Of a stretch of 64,000 bases of DNA, positions 48,340 to 57,558 are shown in pieces (the first letter of the stretch is position 1; each line of letters opens with the position of its first letter). The DNA is from Planctomycetales bacterium (lineage in GTDB: Bacteria; 4484-113). The position numbers were made by a program, and so were the translations under genes. The DNA lies in assembly GCA_037441675.1 (NCBI GenBank), contig JBBIRS010000002.1, forward strand, positions 1 through 64,000, given 5' to 3'. The notes beneath the pieces are model-generated. The model was not told the DNA's origin. It worked only from the letters and a program-made list of their open reading frames with translations, and did no database searches.

Positions 48340-49146
48340 CTAATATTGGGATAATCTTCCGTCAATTTTGGCTTTCCGTTCGCAAAGCAAAAAAAATAGA
48401 GAGCCTATGCAAAAGTATGCTGCGGAGTTCAAAATAAGTCCGCCAAAGAGTGATAAGTTAGTTTGGCTAAAGATATTTTCACCTTGGATAACGATGAGCT
48501 TTAATAGCTTAACTCCCTGAGTAAGTGGAAGAAAATAAAGACCGAATTGAACATTTCTACTAAACTGTTCAGTCGGCAGGTAAGATAGTAAGAAAAAAAC
48601 GAACTGCATTAAACTGCCAACCTGTCCAATCCTTTTGAACATAAGAGCTAATCCTCCAAAGATTAACCCGAAACCATTGATACCGATAATCGACACGACC
48701 ACAACTAGGATTGCCTGCCAGCTAGCTTCAAAGTCAAGGGTAAGAAAATGTCCCGTGGTAAACGAAATCATAGTTAGTAATAAGCTCACAAAAACCACAC
48801 CTAGGATGAAGTCCACAATAGCCCGTATGTACTGAAGAAATAGGTAGCGTGGGAAATTTAAGTAAATCTGCTCAAGGATGCCCTGCTGAGCTTCTACTTC
48901 TATAGAGTAAGAATACCTGTTCAGAGCGCTAATTACAAAAAACCACATTAAGTAGCTAACGATAAAACTAGAGAGAGAAAATGAGATGATAGTTCCACCC
49001 GCAACTAAGGTGCGTGCGCCTATGAATAAGCCAAAGAAAAAAAGGTACATAAGCAAAAGTCCACTTACAAACTCTAATGGGTAACGAAATGTTAGCAGAA
49101 ATGTCCTAACAAATTCTGCGCGAACAAGTTTTAAGAAGGCCATCAT
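48340..49146 (-). CDS. ABC-2 type exporter permease
   Basis: About six TM helices, EAQQGILEQ; adjacent to the ABC ATPase. Confidence 0.85.
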   Translation of the reverse strand: MMAFLKLVRAEFVRTFLLTFRYPLEFVSGLLLMYLFFFGLFIGARTLVAGGTIISFSLSSFIVSYLMWFFVISALNRYSYSIEVEAQQGILEQIYLNFPRYLFLQYIRAIVDFILGVVFVSLLLTMISFTTGHFLTLDFEASWQAILVVVVSIIGINGFGLIFGGLALMFKRIGQVGSLMQFVFFLLSYLPTEQFSRNVQFGLYFLPLTQGVKLLKLIVIQGENIFSQTNLSLFGGLILNSAAYFCIGSLFFLLCERKAKIDGRLSQY

Positions 49147-50273
49147 TATCCTTTTTTATCCTCGGTTGAATTCTTAGTTTCTTGACGCAAGGCACTCTTA
49201 TCCACTGCCTCAGGCATTGATGTTGAGGCTGGGGCGTTTTCTTTTTCGTTGGTGTCTGCACGTTCAATGAAGGTGGCACCTCTCTTATGTAACCGCGTAA
49301 TCTCCAAAAAAACCTCCTCTAGGGTAGGGCTAACCTGCCTAAGAGAACGAAAAGCTATTTTTGCTTCAGCTAATCGGTAAGCGATAACATAGAATTCTTG
49401 AGTATTTTTTAGGTGAAACGTAACTTTAACTAGGTCATTCTCGCTCATTTCCTCCAGGGTGAAACGCGTAGAGTAAAAATCTCCTACCACACGTTCCCAA
49501 TCCGAGCGTGATAGTTCCAACTCAAAGTCAGCCCGTTTGAAGTAATCAATCAAATTTACTGTTGAATCCTGAACCAGTAGCGCTCCCTCCTGAATTATCG
49601 CAACACTATCACTAATACTTGCGGCTAAATCCATTTGATGAGTTGTGAGAACTATTGTTTTACCCTTTTTATTCACTAGAGTTTTTAGTTTGTTTCTAAT
49701 AAGAAGGGCGCTTTCAACGTCCAGTCCAAGAGTAGGTTCATCAAGGAGCAAAATCTCAGGGTCACCTAGAAGCGCAACTGAGATTGCGACCTTTTGTTGC
49801 ATACCTCTTGATAAAGTCTGGACGCTACTGCGCGCCCGATCAGCAAGCCTAAACTCCTCAAGAAGCTCCTTTGATTGTCTCCTAATCTCAACAGTACTCA
49901 ATCCTTTAAGTTCACCAAAGTAATAGAGATTCTCTAAGGGGGATAACCTGAAATATATGTTCCTAGTTCCCTCAAGGACCGCACCAATCCTAGGCCTTTC
50001 TCTCAACCTGACACCATCGTTGCCATAAAATGTAATCTGACCTGAAGTAGGTAAAATAAGACCGGCTATAATCTTAACCGTCGTTGTTTTTCCTGCGCCG
50101 TTAGGACCCAGAAGAGTTTGGATAGTTCCCCTCTCAACTTCCAGATTTAACCCTCTAAGCGCGGTTACGCCGCGACTCTTCTGCCAAGGGAAAAGGGGAT
50201 AATAGGTCTTGCAAACATCTTTCAAGCTAATAGCAATACTTTTGTTAACTTTATTTGCGTTCGCATTCATCAA
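49146..50273 (-). CDS. ABC exporter ATP-binding protein
   Basis: GPNGAGKTT, LSRGMQQ, LLLDEPT, TTH. Confidence 0.93.
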   Translation of the reverse strand: MMNANANKVNKSIAISLKDVCKTYYPLFPWQKSRGVTALRGLNLEVERGTIQTLLGPNGAGKTTTVKIIAGLILPTSGQITFYGNDGVRLRERPRIGAVLEGTRNIYFRLSPLENLYYFGELKGLSTVEIRRQSKELLEEFRLADRARSSVQTLSRGMQQKVAISVALLGDPEILLLDEPTLGLDVESALLIRNKLKTLVNKKGKTIVLTTHQMDLAASISDSVAIIQEGALLVQDSTVNLIDYFKRADFELELSRSDWERVVGDFYSTRFTLEEMSENDLVKVTFHLKNTQEFYVIAYRLAEAKIAFRSLRQVSPTLEEVFLEITRLHKRGATFIERADTNEKENAPASTSMPEAVDKSALRQETKNSTEDKKG

Positions 50274-50295
50274 AATTCAATTCTTCTAATTATCC

Positions 50296-51498
50296 TCAAA
50301 GATTTTTAACTCTCATTCTAGCGACTTCAACTCTTTCTTTAATTTGGCTAATCTCATCACCTCCAAAGACATCCAGAATACTACTTGAAAGAACAATAGC
50401 AAGCATCGCCTCAGCAATAATAGATGCGGAAGGAACACTTGTAACATCATGTCTTTCAACGAAAGCTTTGGAAGATTTTCCTGAGAATAGATCAACGCTA
50501 CGGAGAGGTTTCGCCTGGGTTGGCAACGGCTTCATCAACGCGGTAACGACAATGGGCATCCCATTGGACACTCCTCCAGCCAATCCACCATCGCTGTTCT
50601 TTGTGTATCTCACTCCTTGCCTGTCTTTAACTATATCCCCATGATACTTTATCCCTTGCTCACCAAACTTAATAAAAATTCCACCAAAGCCTACCGCCTT
50701 TACACCCGGTATTGAAAGAATAGCTTGGGTAATTAATCCATCCAAACGAGTATCCCACTGGGAAAATGAACCAAGACCGATGGGCACGTTAAATCCGAAG
50801 ACAGCAAATCCTCCTCCTAAAGTAGTTCCAGCCTTCTGCGCTAGCGCAATTTCCCGCTCAGCCTTTTTCATTAGTTCAAGATTGGGAATCCTAAGATTGT
50901 TTTCCTCTATGCTCTTTAGCGGTAAATCCTTCTCGCTTCTCGCCTCAAGTAGCTTAGACAGAATTGTTTTTGGTATTTTCGCCCTACCTATCTGGAAGAC
51001 GAAGGAGTGAATATTTATATTAAGTTCATCTAGAAAAGTCTTGCATATGACTCCTGCGAGCACTCTAGCCACTGTTTCTCTAGCGCTAGAGCGCTCAATA
51101 ATATCACGAATATCTGCGCATTGTAGTCGGTCATTTTTAATGGAGCCAAACTTAATTGCACCGGGAAGATCTGCGTGCCCAGGTCTTGGCACAGTCAACT
51201 TGGGATTTAGGTTGGCTTCCCACGGAGAAAGAAACTTTGCCCACTTTTCAACTTCAGCATTGGCAATGAAAAAGGCAAGAGGATTGCCGGTGGTAACGGA
51301 ATCTCGCAAGCCCGCAAGGCACTCAAAGTCATCTCTCTCTAACTTCATACGGGGCGACCTGCCCAACCCACCTCGTCTCCTCTTTAGCTCAAAGGAAATC
51401 TTCTCAGGTTTTATCCTAAGTCCTCGTGGAAATCCACTAAGTATAAAGGTAATGCCTTTGCCGTGGGATTCGCCTGCGGTAAGTAGCCTTAAATGCAT
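50296..51498 (-). CDS. aroC: Chorismate synthase
   Basis: TAGESHG, PRPGHAD, ERSSARET, GGVSNG, MKPLPT. Confidence 0.95.
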   Translation of the reverse strand: MHLRLLTAGESHGKGITFILSGFPRGLRIKPEKISFELKRRRGGLGRSPRMKLERDDFECLAGLRDSVTTGNPLAFFIANAEVEKWAKFLSPWEANLNPKLTVPRPGHADLPGAIKFGSIKNDRLQCADIRDIIERSSARETVARVLAGVICKTFLDELNINIHSFVFQIGRAKIPKTILSKLLEARSEKDLPLKSIEENNLRIPNLELMKKAEREIALAQKAGTTLGGGFAVFGFNVPIGLGSFSQWDTRLDGLITQAILSIPGVKAVGFGGIFIKFGEQGIKYHGDIVKDRQGVRYTKNSDGGLAGGVSNGMPIVVTALMKPLPTQAKPLRSVDLFSGKSSKAFVERHDVTSVPSASIIAEAMLAIVLSSSILDVFGGDEISQIKERVEVARMRVKNL

Positions 51499-51742
51499 AT
51501 CTCTTATAACTTTAACATACTAGATAGATTTTTCATCTTAAATCTTAGTCTGGAAAGTATTAACATAAATCTGCGACTCTTGTAAATATTCACTGAAAAG
51601 TTAGATAAGCAAGAAGAGCCTAACTGCCTTCCAGGTATAATTCACGAGTGTAAGAATTGTATTAAATTCACATACTTAAGTAGTTTGGGTAAAATCAGGT
51701 GGTTCAAGTAGGATAGTGTTATTAAGTTGAAGGAAATACCTT

Positions 51743-53005
51743 TTGGCCATTGAGAGAAAAAACGGAATTATCTGTGTAGATGGAGTGCCAATTATAGATA
51801 TTGCGAACAAATTGGGCACTACTCCCTTTTACGTTTACTCAAAAGACGCGCTTTTAGCGAAGATAAGAGAATGGAAGAAGGCTTTGGAGGGAACGAATGC
51901 GATACTTGCATTTTCCCTAAAATCCAACAATAACTTTTACTTGAACAGAGTTATCGCTGGGGAAGGGCTTGGCGCAATAACTGTGTCTGGTTGGGAGATT
52001 GAGCTAGCTCAAAGGGCGGGCTTTAACTTGAAAAAATCTCTCTTGCATGGGAACGGTAAACAAAAGTGGGAAGTTGCTAAAGCCATAAACCTTGGAATGC
52101 TGATAAGTGTTGATTCTTGCTTTGACGCAGAGCAGATTAAAGAACTCGCAGAGGAACTGAAACTTCCCGTTTCAGTCTTACTACGGATTAATCCACAGAT
52201 AGATCCGCACGTTCACCCTTACGTTGCAACGAGCCTTGCCGAATCTAAGTTTGGTTTTACAGGTAAAGATTTGAACAACATTATAAGCAAGTTAAAAGAG
52301 AGCAGATTTATTGAAATAGTGGGATTACATTCTCACCTTGGGAGCTCCATTCAATCAGTCGCTCCAATGGCTGATTCGTTAAGGTATCTTATAAAACTTG
52401 CTGAGAAACTAGTTGATGCAGATGTTTCCGTGCAGATTATTGATGTAGGTGGCGGACTAGGCATAAATTATTTCCACGATGATACTATATTGCCCTCGCC
52501 TGAGGATTACGTATCCACACTACGACAGATTCTAGAAGGATTAGACTATACCCTGATGCTAGAGCCTGGAAGGGCGATAATCGCAGAGTGCGGTATTTTA
52601 GTCGGAAAAGTTCTGGGAACGAAGGAGAACGGTGGTAAGAGTTTTCTCGTCACAGATGCATCGATGACCGAGCTAATCCGCCCACCCCTATATGACGCTT
52701 ATCATCACATTGAGCTTGTCTCATCTAATTCCGCAAACGATGAGATGGAGTTGTATGATATTGTTGGTCCGGTCTGTGAATCCGCTGATTTTCTTGGAAA
52801 GAATCGCAAACTTCCCAAACCAAATACCGGTGAGCTAATTGCAATTTTTGACGCTGGAGCTTACGGATACACGATGAGTAGTAACTATAATCTTCGCCCT
52901 CAACCAGCAGAAATTGTTGTTGACAACACAAAGGTCGTTCTTACGAGAAAACGTAGCGAATTTGAGGATATTTTCAACCGTTATTCTGAGGAAACGTTAA
53001 TCTAA
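51743..53005 (+). CDS. lysA: Diaminopimelate decarboxylase
   Basis: PLP lysine in SLKSN, SKFG, HSHLGS, EPGR, GPVCESAD, GAYG. Confidence 0.94.
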   Translation: MAIERKNGIICVDGVPIIDIANKLGTTPFYVYSKDALLAKIREWKKALEGTNAILAFSLKSNNNFYLNRVIAGEGLGAITVSGWEIELAQRAGFNLKKSLLHGNGKQKWEVAKAINLGMLISVDSCFDAEQIKELAEELKLPVSVLLRINPQIDPHVHPYVATSLAESKFGFTGKDLNNIISKLKESRFIEIVGLHSHLGSSIQSVAPMADSLRYLIKLAEKLVDADVSVQIIDVGGGLGINYFHDDTILPSPEDYVSTLRQILEGLDYTLMLEPGRAIIAECGILVGKVLGTKENGGKSFLVTDASMTELIRPPLYDAYHHIELVSSNSANDEMELYDIVGPVCESADFLGKNRKLPKPNTGELIAIFDAGAYGYTMSSNYNLRPQPAEIVVDNTKVVLTRKRSEFEDIFNRYSEETLI

Positions 53006-54274
53006 GTGAGAAGGGTTATAAAATTCGGAGGAACATCCCTGGCTACTCCTAAACACTTCGCTGAGGCTGCAACTACTATTGCATCTCTTGCGGAGATGGG
53101 TGAGCAAATTGCTGTGGTCGTCTCCGCTATGGGCAACGAGACCAGCGAACTACTTTCCCTAGTTGATGAAGCGACAAATGGTTCTGCTGGATATAAGACA
53201 CAATTAACAATAGCTAGTATGGCTGAGGAGAAGAGTGTTTTACTAATGGTTGCAGCGCTTTCTGCAAAGAAAGTGAACGCGGTTCCTTTTTTCCCTAGAA
53301 AAAGCGAAACATGGCCAATCATCGTTGATACCGACGATATTTCAACGATGCCAGTTGAAAAAGTCAATGAGGAACGAGATTTTACACTGCGGACCCAAAG
53401 GACGAGCCATCGATTCGCAAAGTACGTTTTGCCTCTTTTACGCGTGGGACAGGTGCCAGTAATATCAGGTTTTGTCGCTCTTGATAGTAAGGATGAACTT
53501 GTATCCTTTGGTAGGGGAGGTAGCGATATCACTGCTTTTATAGTAGGCAGGTATGTGGATTGCGAGGAAATTGTCATAGTTACTGACGCTAAGGGCATAA
53601 TGAGTTCCGACCCACGACTAATAGATAATCCCTTGCTTCTATCACAGTTGAGCGTGGAGGAGGTGGAAGCGATAGCGGGAACCGGGGGAAGGGTAATCCA
53701 TCCACGCGCACTTAGGTTCAAAACCGCAAATATGAATGTAAGGGTTATCGATTATAAACAGCAGAAGGAACTGACAAAGGTTGGAACTAGAATCTATGGG
53801 ACAAGTCAAACCCGAATCTATAGGAATGATAAGAAACTGGCTATGGTTGTGGTGATGGGCTCCAATTGGTTCAATCGTCCGGGAATTTTGGGTAGGCTTG
53901 CTCAACTGCTCGCAGAACAAAACATTCCGATAAGCTCCGCATCTGTTAACTCCAGATTCATTAGCTTCTATCTAGAAGAAAAGGATGCTGAAAAAGCCCG
54001 CAAAGTTCTACACGAAGAGGTCGCCACAGATAAGGAGAATTTTCTAAATCTAAACGTTCTTGGAGGCGTTGGGGAAATCTGCTTATCCTCTTCAGGCTTT
54101 ATTGAGACAGCTGGAGTCATAGCTGAGTTCACCAGGGCCCTTGCTCATAAGAACATTAATATTCTTGAGGTGATAACAAGCGTGACCGACATTAACATCT
54201 ACGTGAAGTGGGATAAACTGGACGAAGCCTACAAGCTCCTCCTCAAGCTCGTAAAAACGCGTTGGTCTGGATAG
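53006..54274 (+). CDS. lysC: Aspartate kinase
   Basis: KFGGTS, VVSAMG, GRGGSD, two C-terminal ACT domains; follows lysA. Confidence 0.9.
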   Translation: MRRVIKFGGTSLATPKHFAEAATTIASLAEMGEQIAVVVSAMGNETSELLSLVDEATNGSAGYKTQLTIASMAEEKSVLLMVAALSAKKVNAVPFFPRKSETWPIIVDTDDISTMPVEKVNEERDFTLRTQRTSHRFAKYVLPLLRVGQVPVISGFVALDSKDELVSFGRGGSDITAFIVGRYVDCEEIVIVTDAKGIMSSDPRLIDNPLLLSQLSVEEVEAIAGTGGRVIHPRALRFKTANMNVRVIDYKQQKELTKVGTRIYGTSQTRIYRNDKKLAMVVVMGSNWFNRPGILGRLAQLLAEQNIPISSASVNSRFISFYLEEKDAEKARKVLHEEVATDKENFLNLNVLGGVGEICLSSSGFIETAGVIAEFTRALAHKNINILEVITSVTDINIYVKWDKLDEAYKLLLKLVKTRWSG

Positions 54275-54381
54275 CCAATTGAAATTTTTCTTTCATCGGA
54301 ATTTAATAGGGTTTCTCAGGGCGTTTCACTACTCAAATGAATGCTAGCTTTAATTGTCAATTTTCGTGGTATTAGCTTGAT

Positions 54382-54849
54382 ATGATTGGCTCATCTGCAT
54401 TTAGGTTCAAACTGCGTGATTCTAGGGGCAATATTATTGATCTTAACAAAAAACTAGAGAGAAAAAACATAATTCTTGTCTTTTATCCTAAAGATTTTAC
54501 TCCGGGATGTATAAAGCAACTGTCGGAGTTAAGGGACAACTATTCAAGGATAGAAAGGGCGCAAGCTGTCGTCTTTGGCATTAACGGAGATAGCGCTGAA
54601 AGTCACCGCAAGTTTATTGAAGATTTTAATTTTCCTTTTGAACTTCTCGTTGATAAAAATTTAACGGTATCAGCCAAATTTGACTGTCTCAAACCTAATT
54701 CAACCGGTGTTAGAAGAACAGTAATTGGCATTGCGCGAGACGGAACGATAGTTTTTTACGAGCGTGGGATGCCCACTATTTCTGAAATTCTTAAGCCTAT
54801 AAGAAAGGCTAATCGCCTAAATCTCAAGAAAGCAAAATTAAGATCATAG
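54382..54849 (+). CDS. Peroxiredoxin (Bcp/PrxQ-like)
   Basis: FYPKDFTPGC peroxidatic motif, SHRKF, R-T near the C-terminus. Confidence 0.88.
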   Translation: MIGSSAFRFKLRDSRGNIIDLNKKLERKNIILVFYPKDFTPGCIKQLSELRDNYSRIERAQAVVFGINGDSAESHRKFIEDFNFPFELLVDKNLTVSAKFDCLKPNSTGVRRTVIGIARDGTIVFYERGMPTISEILKPIRKANRLNLKKAKLRS

Positions 54850-55039
54850 TTAGAGATTATTTGATGGCTTTATTTTAGAAAGCAGGAGCTTGAGGCATTA
54901 ATGTTCAAAATATTCATACTTCATTCCTCTTTGAAAGAAAATAGCAAAGCCTCACTAAATATCAAGGTTTTCTGGGTAAACCTTTTCGCAAAAGGACATT
55001 ATTTGCTTCTAAATTGAAAACGCTATAATTAGAAATAAG

Positions 55040-55097
55040 TAGCCGGAAGCAATGTAGGCTGTAACTCGCATTAACCGATAGAGGTTCATCGAGGCTA
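55040..55097 (+). promoter_or_regulatory. Candidate structured cis-regulatory RNA (unassigned)
   Basis: Three-stem junction: TAGCC/GGCTA, AATGT/GCATT, AACC/GGTT. Lies just downstream of TATAAT 55024 and upstream of the ArsC/Spx gene. Confidence 0.4.
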
Positions 55098-55182
55098 ATA
55101 TCGCTAATATTACTCTGGAAAGGCAATTTTATAATTTAAGCTCAGAGAAGTAATTTATCGTCATCAAAACCGGAGGAATGGT

Positions 55183-55524
55183 ATGGCTTTAATTAAAGTT
55201 TATGGAACGCCAAAATGCATTTCAACGAGAAAAACCTGGGACCTGCTTGATATGCTTAATAAGAATTATGATAAAATTGATATTTTCACAGAGCCAATAC
55301 CCAAGTGGGTTCTATCTAGGGTTGTAATGTCCTCTGATATAGGCGCAGCGTTCAATCACCACCACCCAGCCTGGGCAACACTGAGGAATAAGAGATTTAC
55401 TAAGGCAAGCGCGATAGAACTCTTGCAGAAGCACCCTGAACTCATCCGTCGACCAATTACGATTAAGGGCAAAGAAGTCTTTCAGGGTTATGATGAAGAG
55501 GAACTGCGGAAATTCTTGAAGTAG
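55183..55524 (+). CDS. ArsC/Spx/MgsR-family protein
   Basis: YGTPKCISTRK, HPELIRRPI, GYDEE; GGAGGA SD. Confidence 0.85.
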   Translation: MALIKVYGTPKCISTRKTWDLLDMLNKNYDKIDIFTEPIPKWVLSRVVMSSDIGAAFNHHHPAWATLRNKRFTKASAIELLQKHPELIRRPITIKGKEVFQGYDEEELRKFLK

Positions 55525-55542
55525 CTAGAGATGTTATTCGCT

Positions 55543-55600
55543 ATTTCCCCTTGTGAAATAACTCGTTTCTTCAACTATCATAGGAAACTCAAGGGGAGAT
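55543..55600. terminator. Hairpin between convergent ArsC/Spx and glmS genes (possible bidirectional terminator)
   Basis: ATTTCCCCTTG...CAAGGGGAGAT inverted repeat with inner GTTTC/GAAAC. Confidence 0.4.
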
Positions 55601-55623
55601 GGCACTTGTCCTAAATTCTAGAA

Positions 55624-57471
55624 CTAATCCACGGTAAGTGTCTTACTCAGATTTCGAGGCTGATCAGGATTATTCCCCTTAGCTACAGCCATCTCGTAGG
55701 CGAGCATTTGAAGAGGAATGACTGAAAGCAAACTTGAAATATAAGGGGAGAATTCCAAACTTACCCCATACTCTTTAGGAGATGGAATGGACAGTTTATA
55801 ATGGCAAATCTTATCATAGCCTGGACTTGGTTCTCCCACATGGATGACTCTTCCCAGTCTGCAGAGAACTTCGTTCATATGAGAGAGAACAATATTTTCA
55901 TTTTCAGGAAGAGCCACAAATATTACGGGATAATTTTCTTCAACCACTGCTAGCGGACCATGCTTAAACTCGCTAGAGTACATTCCCTCGGGATGGTTGA
56001 AAACGACTTCCTTCATCTTTAACGCTCCCTCTAGGGCAATGGGATGCGTAAGACCATAACCGAGAATATGTTGGGAGAAGTGTGGTAGCAGAACTTGGGC
56101 TAACTCTTTAACCTTCTCCTCATTCATTTTAATTGTTTCCTCAACTAGCTCTGGAAGTTTCCTAAGAGCACCTAGTTCACCTTCAACTTTTCTGAGACCA
56201 CGTTTCTCTGCAAGTCTTAAGGCACAATACAAGAAGCAAATAACCTGATTAAGATAGGTCTTTGTCGCAGGAACTGCAACTTCTAGAAAGCTGGCTATCG
56301 GAATCATACCGTCACAGTGAAGAGCGAGGGTTGAACCTATATTGTTCACCACCGCAAAAGTTTTCCCCTTCCCACTAGCTTTGCACCAGTTGTATACGTT
56401 AATTAAGTCTTTAGTCTCACCCGATTGAGATACTAAGACAATCAGGTCTTCACCCTCCACCGCGTTGGCGTAAAGGGGAAGCATTTGAGATGCGATTGCG
56501 GGCAGCATAGGAAGAGATGCTAGGTTCGCAAAATAGTAAGTGCCAAGAAGAAGCGCATGATAACTTGTCCCCGCGCCAGTTATGAAAACCCTGGGAGAAG
56601 AATTAAGCGCATTAACAAAATCTTTCCAAACTAAGCCATCCTCATAAAGTGAAAGAATGTTTCTAGAACTTTCAACCTGTTCGTGAATTTCTTTTAGGAA
56701 AAAATGGGCGAATGGTTCCTTGGCAACACTTTCAATGGTGATGTCAGAAGTTAAAATATCCCGTTGAACTCTCTCTTGTACTTTTAAGTTAAATATACTG
56801 AAGCTTTGAGCATCAAAGGTAACCAGATCTCCGTCAATGAGCCTAACGTAGCGTCTCGTAAACTCAAGAATTGATGGCAGGTCGCTACTGCAGCAGATAA
56901 AGTCATCACCTATGCCAAGGTATAAGCTGCTTCCCATTTTGACACAATAAAGAACCTTAGATTCGCCCGGGGCGAGAACAAGGGAAAAATCACCTCGCGT
57001 TTCCTGAATAACTTTAGTAAAGGCTTCCTCAGCAGTTATACCCTGAGAAAGAAAGTAAGATGAGAGGTTTACGATAGTCTCGCCGTCATTTTCACTTATG
57101 ACTCGAATTCCACGCTCAAGCATCTTTTCGCGAAGAAATGGATTATTAGTAATATTTCCATTATGAGCGCCAACAATTTTTTGGGTAAAGTCTAAATGCG
57201 GTTGAGCGTTTAACTTGGAAGGCGGGCCAAAGGTAGCCCACCTCAACTGACAGATACCTCTGTCTCCCCGCATATTAAAGAAATTTAGAACCTCACTAAC
57301 CTTTTCAATGCTTCCAACATCCTTACGAAGATCAATACTACCGTTACTACTTAAGGTGGCACAGCCAACGCTATCATAACCACGATAGGAAAGGCGCCTG
57401 CCAGCACGAACTAGAATAGAGCCAAGGTCTTCCCTTCCTCTGTTAAATGCAATTCCAAATATTCCACACAT
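55624..57471 (-). CDS. glmS: Glutamine--fructose-6-phosphate aminotransferase
   Basis: MCGIFG, YRGYDS, RWAT, HNG, SQSGET, EGALKMKE, KHGP, PRNLSK. Confidence 0.93.
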   Translation of the reverse strand: MCGIFGIAFNRGREDLGSILVRAGRRLSYRGYDSVGCATLSSNGSIDLRKDVGSIEKVSEVLNFFNMRGDRGICQLRWATFGPPSKLNAQPHLDFTQKIVGAHNGNITNNPFLREKMLERGIRVISENDGETIVNLSSYFLSQGITAEEAFTKVIQETRGDFSLVLAPGESKVLYCVKMGSSLYLGIGDDFICCSSDLPSILEFTRRYVRLIDGDLVTFDAQSFSIFNLKVQERVQRDILTSDITIESVAKEPFAHFFLKEIHEQVESSRNILSLYEDGLVWKDFVNALNSSPRVFITGAGTSYHALLLGTYYFANLASLPMLPAIASQMLPLYANAVEGEDLIVLVSQSGETKDLINVYNWCKASGKGKTFAVVNNIGSTLALHCDGMIPIASFLEVAVPATKTYLNQVICFLYCALRLAEKRGLRKVEGELGALRKLPELVEETIKMNEEKVKELAQVLLPHFSQHILGYGLTHPIALEGALKMKEVVFNHPEGMYSSEFKHGPLAVVEENYPVIFVALPENENIVLSHMNEVLCRLGRVIHVGEPSPGYDKICHYKLSIPSPKEYGVSLEFSPYISSLLSVIPLQMLAYEMAVAKGNNPDQPRNLSKTLTVD

Positions 57472-57558
57472 AGGATTTAGATTTTATCATTTCAACATAC
57501 ACAATGAGTTGCTTTACCCCTATCAAATGTGCGGTAAGATAGTTATAATTCTAACTTT

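Noticed and set aside
51500..51742. Lysine riboswitch upstream of lysA
   Set aside because: AT-rich, with no recognisable L-box core or multi-stem pairing.
53002..53721. 239-aa antisense ORF and the many other short overlapping ORFs in the track
   Set aside because: They shadow well-conserved genes (here lysC) and show no motifs of their own.
57472..57558. glmS ribozyme
   Set aside because: The spacer is only 87 nt, has no AGCGCC core, and a -10 box sits 9 nt from the start.
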